Shown piece by piece: positions 18,012-27,305 of a stretch of 64,000 nt of DNA. The position numbers and the translations under genes were made by a program. The first letter of the stretch is position 1, and each line of letters opens with the position of its first letter. Origin of the DNA: Candidatus Aenigmatarchaeota archaeon (lineage in GTDB: Archaea > Aenigmatarchaeota > Aenigmatarchaeia > CG10238-14 > SCSR01). The DNA lies in assembly GCA_016187385.1 (NCBI GenBank), contig JACPJU010000001.1, forward strand, positions 204,010-268,009. The letters are read 5' to 3'. The notes under the pieces were generated by a model, which saw only the letters and a program-made list of their open reading frames with translations, made no database searches and was not told the DNA's origin.

Positions 18012-19225
18012 TCGTATTGAGAAGTGTCAACAGCCTCGACAAGCTCGACATAATTTATCTGTCCTTGGCTGAGTGCACTACAGTCAGTCGCCCATCCATT
18101 GTGCCAGCGCGCAGAAGCTTTCCAGTATCTGTACTCGTTCCCCGTGCATGGGTAAACATATCCGTATCCTGGATAAGGCTTGTCATAATTGCTTTTAAGG
18201 AACTGTATGCCTATTCTTATGTTGCAGTCCGAGTCGTAAGCGGTTTCGTCATTTACACAACCATAATTCTTGGCCCCTTCTCTAGTAAACCAACTTTCAT
18301 GTATTACATTCAACTGGAATATTCCATAAGAGCCAAGTCCATCTGATTTTATTTTGTCAATGCTGTCTCTTCCGCAATTGTTTGTACCGTCTTTGCAGTG
18401 AGCGATATTAGATATTCTTCCTCCTCCGCTTTCAACAGCGGCTAGTTTAAGTACAAATCTTTGCCCATTCTGATCTAAGCCAAGTTCTTTGGCAATTTGA
18501 ATTATTTTTGCTTGCACATTTCCGACAGGGGGAGGTGGAACAACAACACCAGAAACAGTAAATGCACGTGAAGTAGGACATTCGCTCTGGTCTGCACGGA
18601 AGTATGCCGTATAGTCGTCTGGCGTTCCTGATGACGTGCATGTCCAGCTCCATCCATATTTGTTTCCGTCATTGGTTGGATTATCGCAACATCGTAAGTC
18701 CCTGCAGTTTGAAAAACCTGTACTTGTTATCTGTACGTTCGTGCAGCCTGTATCGGCGGTTGCAGTGACAGTTATATCTGAATTCGGGTTCGATGTCGCC
18801 GGGCTTACATAAAGATTCGACGGAGCTATTCCAGACACGCTAATAATGCTTTTTTCTTCTTCTATCCTTTTTGTTATGGTCAGTGACTTGGCGTTGTCTT
18901 TTGTGAATTCTTGCCCTATGTTGACGAATGACTCGGAGGTGGCTTGCCTGTTGCCAGTCTTAACAACAACATAACCGTCTTTTTTAATCATCACATCATA
19001 TCGGGCATCAGAAGGAAAATTGTAAATTAATTTGGCTTCGTTTGGAGCGTTGTCAGCCATGCTCAGCAGGTTGGCGATTTCCAACGCTTCATTGTTGACT
19101 TTCTGTTCTGTCAAAACTGTTTTCATATCGTTCGCTATCGTGGGAAATATAGCGGCAGCCAGAGATATGTTTATGAGTATAAAACCGAATGTGACTAATG
19201 AATCTGCTTCTACGCTACCCTTCAT
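17987..19225 (-). CDS. Pilin-like protein with lytic transglycosylase (SLT/lysozyme-like) domain
   Basis: N-terminus MKGSVEADSLVTFGFILINISLAAAIF. aa about 235-380 read IIQIAKELGLDQNGQRFVLKLAAVESGGG...SYGIFQLN: the catalytic E-S motif and GLMQ-like motif of SLT family 1. Confidence 0.65.
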   Translation of the reverse strand: MKGSVEADSLVTFGFILINISLAAAIFPTIANDMKTVLTEQKVNNEALEIANLLSMADNAPNEAKLIYNFPSDARYDVMIKKDGYVVVKTGNRQATSESFVNIGQEFTKDNAKSLTITKRIEEEKSIISVSGIAPSNLYVSPATSNPNSDITVTATADTGCTNVQITSTGFSNCRDLRCCDNPTNDGNKYGWSWTCTSSGTPDDYTAYFRADQSECPTSRAFTVSGVVVPPPPVGNVQAKIIQIAKELGLDQNGQRFVLKLAAVESGGGRISNIAHCKDGTNNCGRDSIDKIKSDGLGSYGIFQLNVIHESWFTREGAKNYGCVNDETAYDSDCNIRIGIQFLKSNYDKPYPGYGYVYPCTGNEYRYWKASARWHNGWATDCSALSQGQINYVELVEAVDTSQYECLITGGC

Positions 19226-19251
19226 AATTTTATTTTATTGTTTGGGAGATA

Positions 19252-19539
19252 TTAACATGACCTAGCTTGCTGGCATTTGGGATCGTTTGTATTCCTCTGA
19301 AGGACACCACAGCATTCGTCTTTCGCTGGAGGCAGACCACAGTCGGACGGCCACTGTATGCAGTTCTTTCTGGTTATCATCTCGCTGCAGTAGCTTATCT
19401 TTTTGGCTGCGCATCCTCCTTTGACTCCGATGATTTTTGTCACGTCAATCCATTGGGAGAAAATGGCGATTATAAAGAAGAGTGTGATAATGGCGACTCC
19501 TATGAAGAAAAGCGTCTGGGCTGTAACTGCTTTAAGCAT
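19252..19539 (-). CDS. Small pilin-like protein (paralog family, N-terminal TM helix + Cys-rich tail)
   Basis: 95 aa, hydrophobic N-terminus and CAAKKISYC motif shared with 19552..19842 and 24745..25029. Confidence 0.5.
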   Translation of the reverse strand: MLKAVTAQTLFFIGVAIITLFFIIAIFSQWIDVTKIIGVKGGCAAKKISYCSEMITRKNCIQWPSDCGLPPAKDECCGVLQRNTNDPKCQQARSC

Positions 19540-19551
19540 AATGTTATTTTG

Positions 19552-19842
19552 TTATCCTTTGCCTATTAGTTCTTTACACTGGTCGCCGCCAGGTTTATTG
19601 AGCTTCGCATAACTACAAATGTTTTCGTCTGCTGGCCAAGTTGCTGGCTTTGGAGGTTGTTTTCCACTTGCATATGCCGGATCTGCAGAATACCATTCAG
19701 AACATAAACTCTTTTTGGCCAAATCACATCTAACTTTATCAATTCCACCGGCAGAAGCAATCAGCAAATATCCTATAAGACCGATGACGGCAATACCCAA
19801 GACAATTGCTATGACATAAGGAACTGCTACTGCTTTCATCAT
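19552..19842 (-). CDS. Small pilin-like protein (paralog family)
   Basis: MMKAVAVPYVIAIVLGIAVIGLIGYLLI followed by CDLAKKSLCSEW; paralog of 24745..25029. Confidence 0.5.
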   Translation of the reverse strand: MMKAVAVPYVIAIVLGIAVIGLIGYLLIASAGGIDKVRCDLAKKSLCSEWYSADPAYASGKQPPKPATWPADENICSYAKLNKPGGDQCKELIGKG

Positions 19843-19885
19843 TTCACTTGACTTATATTTTGTTTTTGAAGGATATATAAATATT

Positions 19886-22366
19886 CTACACTATCTGAAC
19901 CCTTGTGCCAGTGCTTCCGCAACCAGAGACGCAAGAGTTTTTGATTGTATAGTCTCCTAGATCTAAGGTTATAGAGCAGTCTTCTGCTCCTGTATCTGAC
20001 CTTCTATTGATACTACATATAACATTCCCGCTTGAGAAAACACTCCCTTTTGAAAGTTCCAGCTTACCGTCACATCCGAATATCGAGTTTATATTTACAT
20101 TGCTTCTGCTCTGCAATGTAAACTTCCAATAGTTTGCCAATTGATTTTCTGAAGTATCGACAAGTGCGTATTTCACATTACCGTCTGTATTTATCTCACA
20201 TGGCACTGTCGAGCTTAGGCACGGCTGGGCTGGTGCATATAATTGAGGGAGAACTTTTATGGAATTCGCTTTATTATCAAAGCACGGCAATGTGGCTGTA
20301 TCTTGTTTCAAGACTTTGTACGCACCTCCGAAATTGACATCTGAATATAAAACAGCTGTTTGTTCGGATGGCACTTTGATGGATGATATCCTGTTTTGGA
20401 ATGCAAGACTTGACAAATCTGGTTCAGTCAGAGACTGTATAGAAGTGCCTTGATGATTAGCATTGTCATACAAAGTAACTTTTGGTTGAGATACTGCTAC
20501 TGGGGTTGATGAAGAAACTTTGCTTAATCCCCATTCCTGTGCTTCGGCTTTGAAGTCATAAGTCCCACCTTGCACACACATGACAGGCCATGTGGTAGAA
20601 CAGCTTTTACTACTAGCTGACGAGCATTCATATATTCGGGTTCTGACAACTGCCGGACGATCGCCGAACACACATTTGTCTGTTTTGTCGCCACTGTCAT
20701 CCAAACTGATTAACAGACGATAAAGATTGCCATTGGGGTCGCCGGCTTCCATTGTCAAACTGAATGCATCGCCTGCAATCGGACCAAATGGACTGGATGA
20801 TAACTTGACCGTGACCGCGGGTGGGACGACGTTTACCTTGAGTATATTCGTCTGTACTTTTACTCCCGCTAAGGTTTCAATCCGACCTTGGAAGTTGTAT
20901 TCACCTGCATTTACACATTTAACAACAAATTCCTTAGAACATTTGTTACGTTCGGTCTGATCACAAAATACATCCTGTTCTCTTGTGGTTTCAGATGTCC
21001 CTGAGAAGAAGCATTTGCCTTGCTTGTCGCCTTCTGTGTCGAGATTGAATATCACTGTTCCGATGTTATTCATGTCTGTTCTGGATGCTACTGTTAATTT
21101 CATTTCATTATTCAAGACGACAGGCGTTGGAGTTACACTTAATGATGGTATGAAATTTGCAGGCAACACATTGGATATACCTGCATTCTGTTGGGTGTCT
21201 ATGGCACCAGCCATGAATGAATGACGGCCTTCAACACTACATTTGACAGACCACGTAGCGGAACATTGAGAACCGCTTGAGCAATCTTTTGTGACTATTC
21301 TGTCTTCTGTATCTGCAAATCTGCATTTGCCTTGTTTGTCGCCTTGGTCATCAAGATTGAAGTATAATCTGGCAAGATTATGTGTCTGCTTTGTAGCTGT
21401 GACTGTTATTTGTATTGGGTCTTCTATTCCCCTAACCAGTTGGTCTATGGACAGTGTAACGACAGGCAGTGTAACAGGTTGCCCTCCTTCAACAATCCAT
21501 GTATAAATGTTTTCATCTCCCGATGTGCACTTGCCTTTCACGCCATTGTAATCTTTATCCGTTTCTTTTATTCTTTCTGAACATGTGTGCCACTTTCCAT
21601 CTCCGCCGCAGATGACACCGTACTTTACTTTGTATTCGTCTGGGGAGAGGAGTATGCATTTACCGCCTGCACAACTCTCTTTATACCATGTGCACCCTTG
21701 AGAGCTACTACAGAAGGTTCTAGTTAAAGCTTTGTCGTTGTCTAAACAAGCTGGACGTGTGCCTATCTCTATACCCGCTGTTACATGGCCACATCTAACT
21801 ATATTTGTACTTCCTGCGCAAGAAGTTTGCGTATTATCTACAGCTAAACACCTACCACTACGACATTCGTCATATGTAACAACAGGTGTACAACCGAGCG
21901 ATGTGCTTTTTCCAGTTATGCACTCGGATAAACTACCGCAATTTCTGTTGTCTATAGCCACGCCTGGATTTACAAAATATACGCGACCTTTATCATTATT
22001 GTAATCGTTCAAACTATTGTCCTCTTCATCGACCAGCCATAAAACACATCTATTATCAGCGGGTGGTGACGGCAAATCTTTTGGCCAAAAGTACAAGTTA
22101 TCTTCTATTAGAAATTTTTTGTTATTGACATTGTCGAAAAGTGTAAATGCATGGACTTCTGCAATGCTCCCACCTTGATCGGGGTCCAGTCTAACGTACA
22201 AAACTTTTCCTAATTCTGGCACTTGTGGTCCTAATCCACCCATCAACTGCCCCAACAATTCCAAGATGTCTATGTTGAAAGCCTTCAGCAATATGGTCAC
22301 AGCGACAGCAAGAACAGCCACCATCAGAAAAAGCTGCATTACAGCAGAGACTGCGTCGCCTTTCAT
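19886..22366 (-). CDS. Giant pilin-like surface protein with three tandem Cys-rich repeats and a beta/gamma-crystallin domain
   Basis: N-terminus MKGDAVSAVMQLFLMVAVLAVAV. Three about 100-aa repeats with NLDxxGDKxxKCxF...C...W.V.C..G.Y.F. Crystallin Greek-key pattern TLYDNANHQG...NRISSIKV...VLYSDVNFGG. Confidence 0.6.
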   Translation of the reverse strand: MKGDAVSAVMQLFLMVAVLAVAVTILLKAFNIDILELLGQLMGGLGPQVPELGKVLYVRLDPDQGGSIAEVHAFTLFDNVNNKKFLIEDNLYFWPKDLPSPPADNRCVLWLVDEEDNSLNDYNNDKGRVYFVNPGVAIDNRNCGSLSECITGKSTSLGCTPVVTYDECRSGRCLAVDNTQTSCAGSTNIVRCGHVTAGIEIGTRPACLDNDKALTRTFCSSSQGCTWYKESCAGGKCILLSPDEYKVKYGVICGGDGKWHTCSERIKETDKDYNGVKGKCTSGDENIYTWIVEGGQPVTLPVVTLSIDQLVRGIEDPIQITVTATKQTHNLARLYFNLDDQGDKQGKCRFADTEDRIVTKDCSSGSQCSATWSVKCSVEGRHSFMAGAIDTQQNAGISNVLPANFIPSLSVTPTPVVLNNEMKLTVASRTDMNNIGTVIFNLDTEGDKQGKCFFSGTSETTREQDVFCDQTERNKCSKEFVVKCVNAGEYNFQGRIETLAGVKVQTNILKVNVVPPAVTVKLSSSPFGPIAGDAFSLTMEAGDPNGNLYRLLISLDDSGDKTDKCVFGDRPAVVRTRIYECSSASSKSCSTTWPVMCVQGGTYDFKAEAQEWGLSKVSSSTPVAVSQPKVTLYDNANHQGTSIQSLTEPDLSSLAFQNRISSIKVPSEQTAVLYSDVNFGGAYKVLKQDTATLPCFDNKANSIKVLPQLYAPAQPCLSSTVPCEINTDGNVKYALVDTSENQLANYWKFTLQSRSNVNINSIFGCDGKLELSKGSVFSSGNVICSINRRSDTGAEDCSITLDLGDYTIKNSCVSGCGSTGTRVQIV
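20537..21439 (-). repeat. Three in-frame tandem repeat units (~300 nt each) inside the 19886..22366 gene
   Basis: Protein-level repeats DDQGDKQGKCRF / DTEGDKQGKCFF / DDSGDKTDKCVF with conserved Cys spacing. Confidence 0.5.
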
Positions 22367-22406
22367 GTAATATACTAAGTTGGTTTATGATATATAATTT
22401 GGTTTA

Positions 22407-22697
22407 CTATCCTGCAGCACAGAAGGCTCTGCCTATAACCGGTATCTTTGAGATGCCGATAAGATCGCAGACGAATCCCTTCAGTCCAGTAAACAAGGTC
22501 TCGCTAACGAAACTGAATATCTTTTCGCCGAAGAAATAGATAAGAAGCAATGCAAGCGAAGCCAGCAACAGACTGATTATGAGAGTCAACACCTTGCCGA
22601 ACACTGCCTTTCTCATGAAATCCCCACAAATTTCTGATACAAGCGATAGCCTGCCAGCAATACCAGCACTGCTATGGCCAACGTGACGATAAACCAC
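22407..22697 (-). CDS. Small membrane protein (possible minor pilin; likely internal start MRKAVFGKVLTLII at about 22613)
   Basis: Hydrophobic N-terminal helix after a short basic segment. Confidence 0.35.
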   Translation of the reverse strand: MVYRHVGHSSAGIAGRLSLVSEICGDFMRKAVFGKVLTLIISLLLASLALLLIYFFGEKIFSFVSETLFTGLKGFVCDLIGISKIPVIGRAFCAAG

Positions 22698-22754
22698 ACG
22701 ATGAATCTGTCAACATCACCCTTCATAATTTTATTTAGAGTCCAAAGATATTAA

Positions 22755-24707
22755 TCATGTTATCAGTGTTTCCACGGATATCACGGAAGTGAACAGATAA
22801 TATGTGAAGATTAGAGTTATGAAATAAACAATACAGCTGAAGCCCAATATTCTGGCGACGGTTAATTTCTTCAGCATTCCTTCGTCGCCGTTGGTTATTG
22901 TGCTCAATGCCATGGCAATCAACACAACAATCTCTATAAGATAAATGCCGACTATGAGCTGGAAATCATGCACAGGAATTATCAGGCCTATTTGGAATAT
23001 AGACGAAAGAACACCTGTCCCGCCTACAGGTCCCAGACCGCCGCCAACATCGCCGAATGACCCAAAGACAGAACCCAGCTTTATGAGCAGCCTTGTCATC
23101 ACAGAGGCTATAGTGACAACAATGCCAGCGCTTAATGGCGCGAGCAATACGGCCTGAGTAGCCATCGTCGACGTTACATCCTCCATCATGTTCCTCAAAT
23201 CTTCATCGACTTCGTGCATGTCTTTCAGATATTTCGAAACCACAACCATGGACTTTGAAGCGCTCGCCATTCCCCTTTTAGACGTCTCAACAACAACTTT
23301 CATCACAGCCTCTATCAGCGTGGAAGGATAATAATTGATTGCGCCATACTTCTTGTCGAATACAGCACTTTCAAACGGCATGCCGAAAACCTTTATGTTG
23401 TAGAGAATCTTTTCGAAGAATTCCGAAATTTTCAATCCTTTTATCTCTCCTTTCAGTCTCTTTAATGAAGTCTCCAAAGGAATACCACGGAGCATAAGGC
23501 TTCCCAACTGGAACAGCGCTTCTGTGAATTCATTTTCTATTTCGGAAATCTCCTGCCTTATTTTCAGCTTCCTCATAATTGAAAGATATGAAAAACCGAC
23601 GATAGCACCGAATCCAACAAACACAAGCAACATCGAATAAATCAGCAATTCAAGACTGAATATTCCACTTCCCGTGAGCAACTTGTAAGAAAGGAACGCA
23701 ATGAAAGGCAAGGGAAGCAACAAGTAGATGTACGGCTTTTCGTAGAATCTATCAGACAATATTTCGGGGTGCTTGCTCAGATCCGGCTCCCGGAAACTAT
23801 ATGGCCTCTTTCCAAGATAGCTCGTCATCATCAGATAAACAACCAAAGGAAGGAAGATGTTATAGCCGAAGACAAGAAAAACCGGTTTTATCAATTCCGG
23901 AAGAAATACGCTTATGATCGGGAAGAACACAAGCCCTATAATCGGAAGAAGTATTCCGAGCGCATTCAATATGGTCACTGGCTGTTTCAATTCCCGCGCA
24001 TAGATTTTCATTCTTTCCTTCGTTCCGTCCAGCATGACAGAAACAGCCTCATCAAGGAATCTTTCTCGTCTGTCCTGAGATTCAACGCTTGATGTTTTTA
24101 TGAGATAGAGGGATGTCGCAAACTCCTTGCTCTCCCTTTCCCATTTTTTGATGAATTCGTCCAACGCATCTTCTGTCCTGTCCAATCTCCGCGTGTAGAC
24201 ACTCCACAAAAGCTCTCGCAGGTCTATGGCCATTGCACCCTTGAGATTTTTGGAAGCAAACCTTATGGCATTCTCAAGGTTGGGCGACAGATGCATCGAG
24301 ATGCTCATGTAGATTGTTGTAAGGACCATCTCGGAAGACGCGCTGATTCTGAACCGCCTGGCGTAATACAGCGGATAATCCACAAGAAAGTAAAAAACAA
24401 TAATAGCCATTATGACAGAGAAGAATATGGAAGATATGGAGAAGGATTTTATTGCTACAAGAGCCAGCATGGAAACTATGAAGAACAGCCAGGTTGCGAC
24501 AAAAGCCAACGCATATGCACCTTTCGGTGTTATCTTTGAGTGAGAGAACGTTATGGCTTCCTGGTATTTTTCATCCAGACTTTTGAAGGATGGTATTATA
24601 GGGAAAATCTTTTCTGATATTCCGCATATTTTTTCATAGAACGAGAGCTTTCTGGCTGATTTTTCTTCTCTCAGGAACTTTTCATACTCGCGCGAAATTA
24701 TTGGCAT
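22755..24707 (-). CDS. Polytopic membrane protein, FlaJ/TadC (PilC)-like type IV pilus platform protein
   Basis: 650 aa with about 9 TM helices separated by two cytoplasmic alpha-helical blocks; lies directly downstream of the secretion ATPase in the same orientation. Confidence 0.55.
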   Translation of the reverse strand: MPIISREYEKFLREEKSARKLSFYEKICGISEKIFPIIPSFKSLDEKYQEAITFSHSKITPKGAYALAFVATWLFFIVSMLALVAIKSFSISSIFFSVIMAIIVFYFLVDYPLYYARRFRISASSEMVLTTIYMSISMHLSPNLENAIRFASKNLKGAMAIDLRELLWSVYTRRLDRTEDALDEFIKKWERESKEFATSLYLIKTSSVESQDRRERFLDEAVSVMLDGTKERMKIYARELKQPVTILNALGILLPIIGLVFFPIISVFLPELIKPVFLVFGYNIFLPLVVYLMMTSYLGKRPYSFREPDLSKHPEILSDRFYEKPYIYLLLPLPFIAFLSYKLLTGSGIFSLELLIYSMLLVFVGFGAIVGFSYLSIMRKLKIRQEISEIENEFTEALFQLGSLMLRGIPLETSLKRLKGEIKGLKISEFFEKILYNIKVFGMPFESAVFDKKYGAINYYPSTLIEAVMKVVVETSKRGMASASKSMVVVSKYLKDMHEVDEDLRNMMEDVTSTMATQAVLLAPLSAGIVVTIASVMTRLLIKLGSVFGSFGDVGGGLGPVGGTGVLSSIFQIGLIIPVHDFQLIVGIYLIEIVVLIAMALSTITNGDEGMLKKLTVARILGFSCIVYFITLIFTYYLFTSVISVETLIT

Positions 24708-24744
24708 TAAATAGAATTTGGTTTACAGGAGAATTAAACTTAGC

Positions 24745-25029
24745 CTATGAACATCCTGTATTTGATTTGTCCCAGTTTGGGATTATGGCTTTGCAGAATT
24801 GACACACATCTTTCGACCAGTCGACTTTGCATTTTCCTGTTTGAAGTTCAGTTTTAAGACTTTCCGATTTAGTGCCGCAGTACTGGACTTTTTTTGCTAT
24901 GCACTCTGCCTCTGTGCCTGCATCACCGCCTTTACCTTTTGAATAGATAAGCAAATATCCGATCAATGCTATCAGGATAACGCCGAGAACAATCGCCACT
25001 ATATATCCTACGGGAAATCCGCCTTTCAT
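24745..25029 (-). CDS. Small pilin-like protein (paralog family)
   Basis: MKGGFPVGYIVAIVLGVILIALIGYLLI then CIAKKVQYCG; 4-nt overlap with the ATPase gene. Confidence 0.5.
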   Translation of the reverse strand: MKGGFPVGYIVAIVLGVILIALIGYLLIYSKGKGGDAGTEAECIAKKVQYCGTKSESLKTELQTGKCKVDWSKDVCQFCKAIIPNWDKSNTGCS

Positions 25030-27266
25030 TTCACCCTCTCCTTGAACCAGTCAGACCATTTGTCGTAAATCATCTTCGAATCCAACGCCCCTACTTCTTT
25101 CTTGACTTGCTCGGAAATTAAATGAAACATTGAATTAGATTCGACTATGTAATTGGCCTCCAGGATATCGTCTCTACCTGTCTTTGTGGCTATGTCTATC
25201 ATAGTTTCTTTTATCTTTGCTCTCAATAAAATGTTGTCCCAGACAGCGTCCCAGTGACCGTGCCATTCCCGCACCCTTTTAGAAATTTCATTCAACACTT
25301 GAGATTCGCCGTCGATGAGAACATCTGTCGGTTTCAGCCTGTCTTCCTTCGCGGAATACTCCATCAAGTTGACAAACCCTCCTTCATCCAATGGGTCATT
25401 TTTCCAGTTCTTTCTCACTTCTGTCAATTCTGTTACTCTTCTGAACCTATGCAGTCCGTCAGGGGATTTCAAAAGATTGCACACAGTTATCAGATCCAAT
25501 GCCTTGAAGCTTGTCGGAGGAACTCCCAAATCATGAACAATCCTGTCGTAAACACCGTAAGCGGATTCGCCGTGCACTGTGCCCGCGACTACATTCGACA
25601 TCCCGCCTATTCGCATGGCTTCGAATAATGCTATAGCCTCGACGCTTCTGACTTCGCCTATAACCAGAACAGAATCGCCCAATCTCAATGCTGTCCTCAA
25701 TGCTTCTGCTGCGGGCAGTTCAGTCTCAACACGAGTAATAACAGAACGCGACTTCATCCTTTCTATGTTGTATCCAAGGGTTCTGATTTGGGGAACGGAA
25801 ATTTCCAGAGTATCTTCTGTGACAATTATCCTGAACTTTGACATTATCTCGAGTATCAATGAATTCAAAAGTGAGGTCTTGCCTGATCCCCTTCCGCCGG
25901 CTATGAGCATCGCACGTCCGCCGTCAATAATGAAACTCATCAATCCCGCATACAGCGGATCGAACATCTTATTCTTGATGAACAAAGGATACGTCCACGG
26001 TTTCTCTCTGTGACGCCTGAATGCGAATGCCAGTCCTTCTGGGGACAACGTTCTTGTGATGGCTGCCACACGCGCCCTTCCACCAGGAACAGTTAATTCT
26101 GTATCCAGAACAGGATTCGATTCGTCTAGAGGCCTGCCTGAATAAAGCCTGAATCTTGTTGCCCATGACTCTGCATCATCCATTGTAGGCATAAGATTTG
26201 TCTCGCATTCTTCAAAATCGGACTGTGTGACGTAGATTGGAGTTCGTCCTATTGGAGAATTTACGAATATATCTTGTATATTTTCATCTGCGAGCAGGAT
26301 TTCCAAGATGCCGAAACCTGCCGTATAACGCGCCAGGATGTCGGATAATTCTTCGATTTCATCAGCCGTCAAGCTCACATTCATGCCTGTGGCTATGTCC
26401 CTTACCAGATCCCTTCCAAGATTTTTGAACATCTCGCGTGACTTGTCAGGCTCTACCGATTCAGCTTCTGTAGGCCTGTGAGCGGACAAATATCTTCTTG
26501 CCGAATCTAGAATAGTGTACTTTTCTTCGCTGAGAACAAACTCGCGAGGTATCACATGATAAAGATGACGAACTTTGTTAGGAAGTTTGTATATTTCGAT
26601 TTTCGCGTTTCCAACAGAATATTTGTTAACCATCCTTGCTCCTTTAGGTATGTTAAGCATGAGCCTCGTCAACATGAAGTTTGGCCTGACTATGGGAGAG
26701 AATAATTCGCGATAAATGTCCCTAGTGCCTGGCTGATAATCATGAAGTATGGGAAGTGCTTTTTGTATCAGAGTGCATTCTTCGAGTATCTGTTTGATTG
26801 GAATCAATGCGCTGTCAAGATAATGTGTGAAGCACACCTTCTGCTCGAATGGTGCTGTTTTCTCGAGAACTTTGTTGTTGTTCACCATCTTTACTGTCTG
26901 CATGTACGCCGCTATCGGATCTCTTCTCAAAAGTTGCAGAACCATGAATTGCAAGTCATTCAATCTTTTCGGGAAAAGCTTTTCGCATTGCGGAGGACCA
27001 AGATTTTTCAGGCTTATTATCCTGTCTATGTTCAATATCCTGTTGTAAGCATCTGCTATTTCTCTCAACAACCGCGTCTGTTCGGAATCGTATTCATTCT
27101 CTCTCGCTTCAATCAAAACTATTCTGTCAGCGTCCTTTACTTCCAGAAGTTTGTCGATGACAACAGCCATTGTTGCATCTGAATCTTCTATGCTCGGAGC
27201 AATAGCCCACCTTGCACAATTTATTCTCAAAATTCCGTCTACAACTTCGTATTCTACGCCAGCCAT
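25026..27266 (-). CDS. Type II/IV secretion system ATPase (FlaI/PilB/TadA/VirB11 family) with extended N-terminal region
   Basis: Walker A LIAGGRGSGKTSLLNSL, Walker B/Asp box SVLVIGEVRS, His-box-like region; 746 aa. Confidence 0.85.
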   Translation of the reverse strand: MAGVEYEVVDGILRINCARWAIAPSIEDSDATMAVVIDKLLEVKDADRIVLIEARENEYDSEQTRLLREIADAYNRILNIDRIISLKNLGPPQCEKLFPKRLNDLQFMVLQLLRRDPIAAYMQTVKMVNNNKVLEKTAPFEQKVCFTHYLDSALIPIKQILEECTLIQKALPILHDYQPGTRDIYRELFSPIVRPNFMLTRLMLNIPKGARMVNKYSVGNAKIEIYKLPNKVRHLYHVIPREFVLSEEKYTILDSARRYLSAHRPTEAESVEPDKSREMFKNLGRDLVRDIATGMNVSLTADEIEELSDILARYTAGFGILEILLADENIQDIFVNSPIGRTPIYVTQSDFEECETNLMPTMDDAESWATRFRLYSGRPLDESNPVLDTELTVPGGRARVAAITRTLSPEGLAFAFRRHREKPWTYPLFIKNKMFDPLYAGLMSFIIDGGRAMLIAGGRGSGKTSLLNSLILEIMSKFRIIVTEDTLEISVPQIRTLGYNIERMKSRSVITRVETELPAAEALRTALRLGDSVLVIGEVRSVEAIALFEAMRIGGMSNVVAGTVHGESAYGVYDRIVHDLGVPPTSFKALDLITVCNLLKSPDGLHRFRRVTELTEVRKNWKNDPLDEGGFVNLMEYSAKEDRLKPTDVLIDGESQVLNEISKRVREWHGHWDAVWDNILLRAKIKETMIDIATKTGRDDILEANYIVESNSMFHLISEQVKKEVGALDSKMIYDKWSDWFKERVK

Positions 27267-27305
27267 TAGATAATATTATCTGCATGCTAAGACAAATCTT
27301 TTATA

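Noticed and set aside
25254-27182. Plus-strand ORFs (124, 144, 146 aa) inside the secretion ATPase gene
   Set aside because: Antisense shadow ORFs; the ATPase has Walker motifs in the minus frame.
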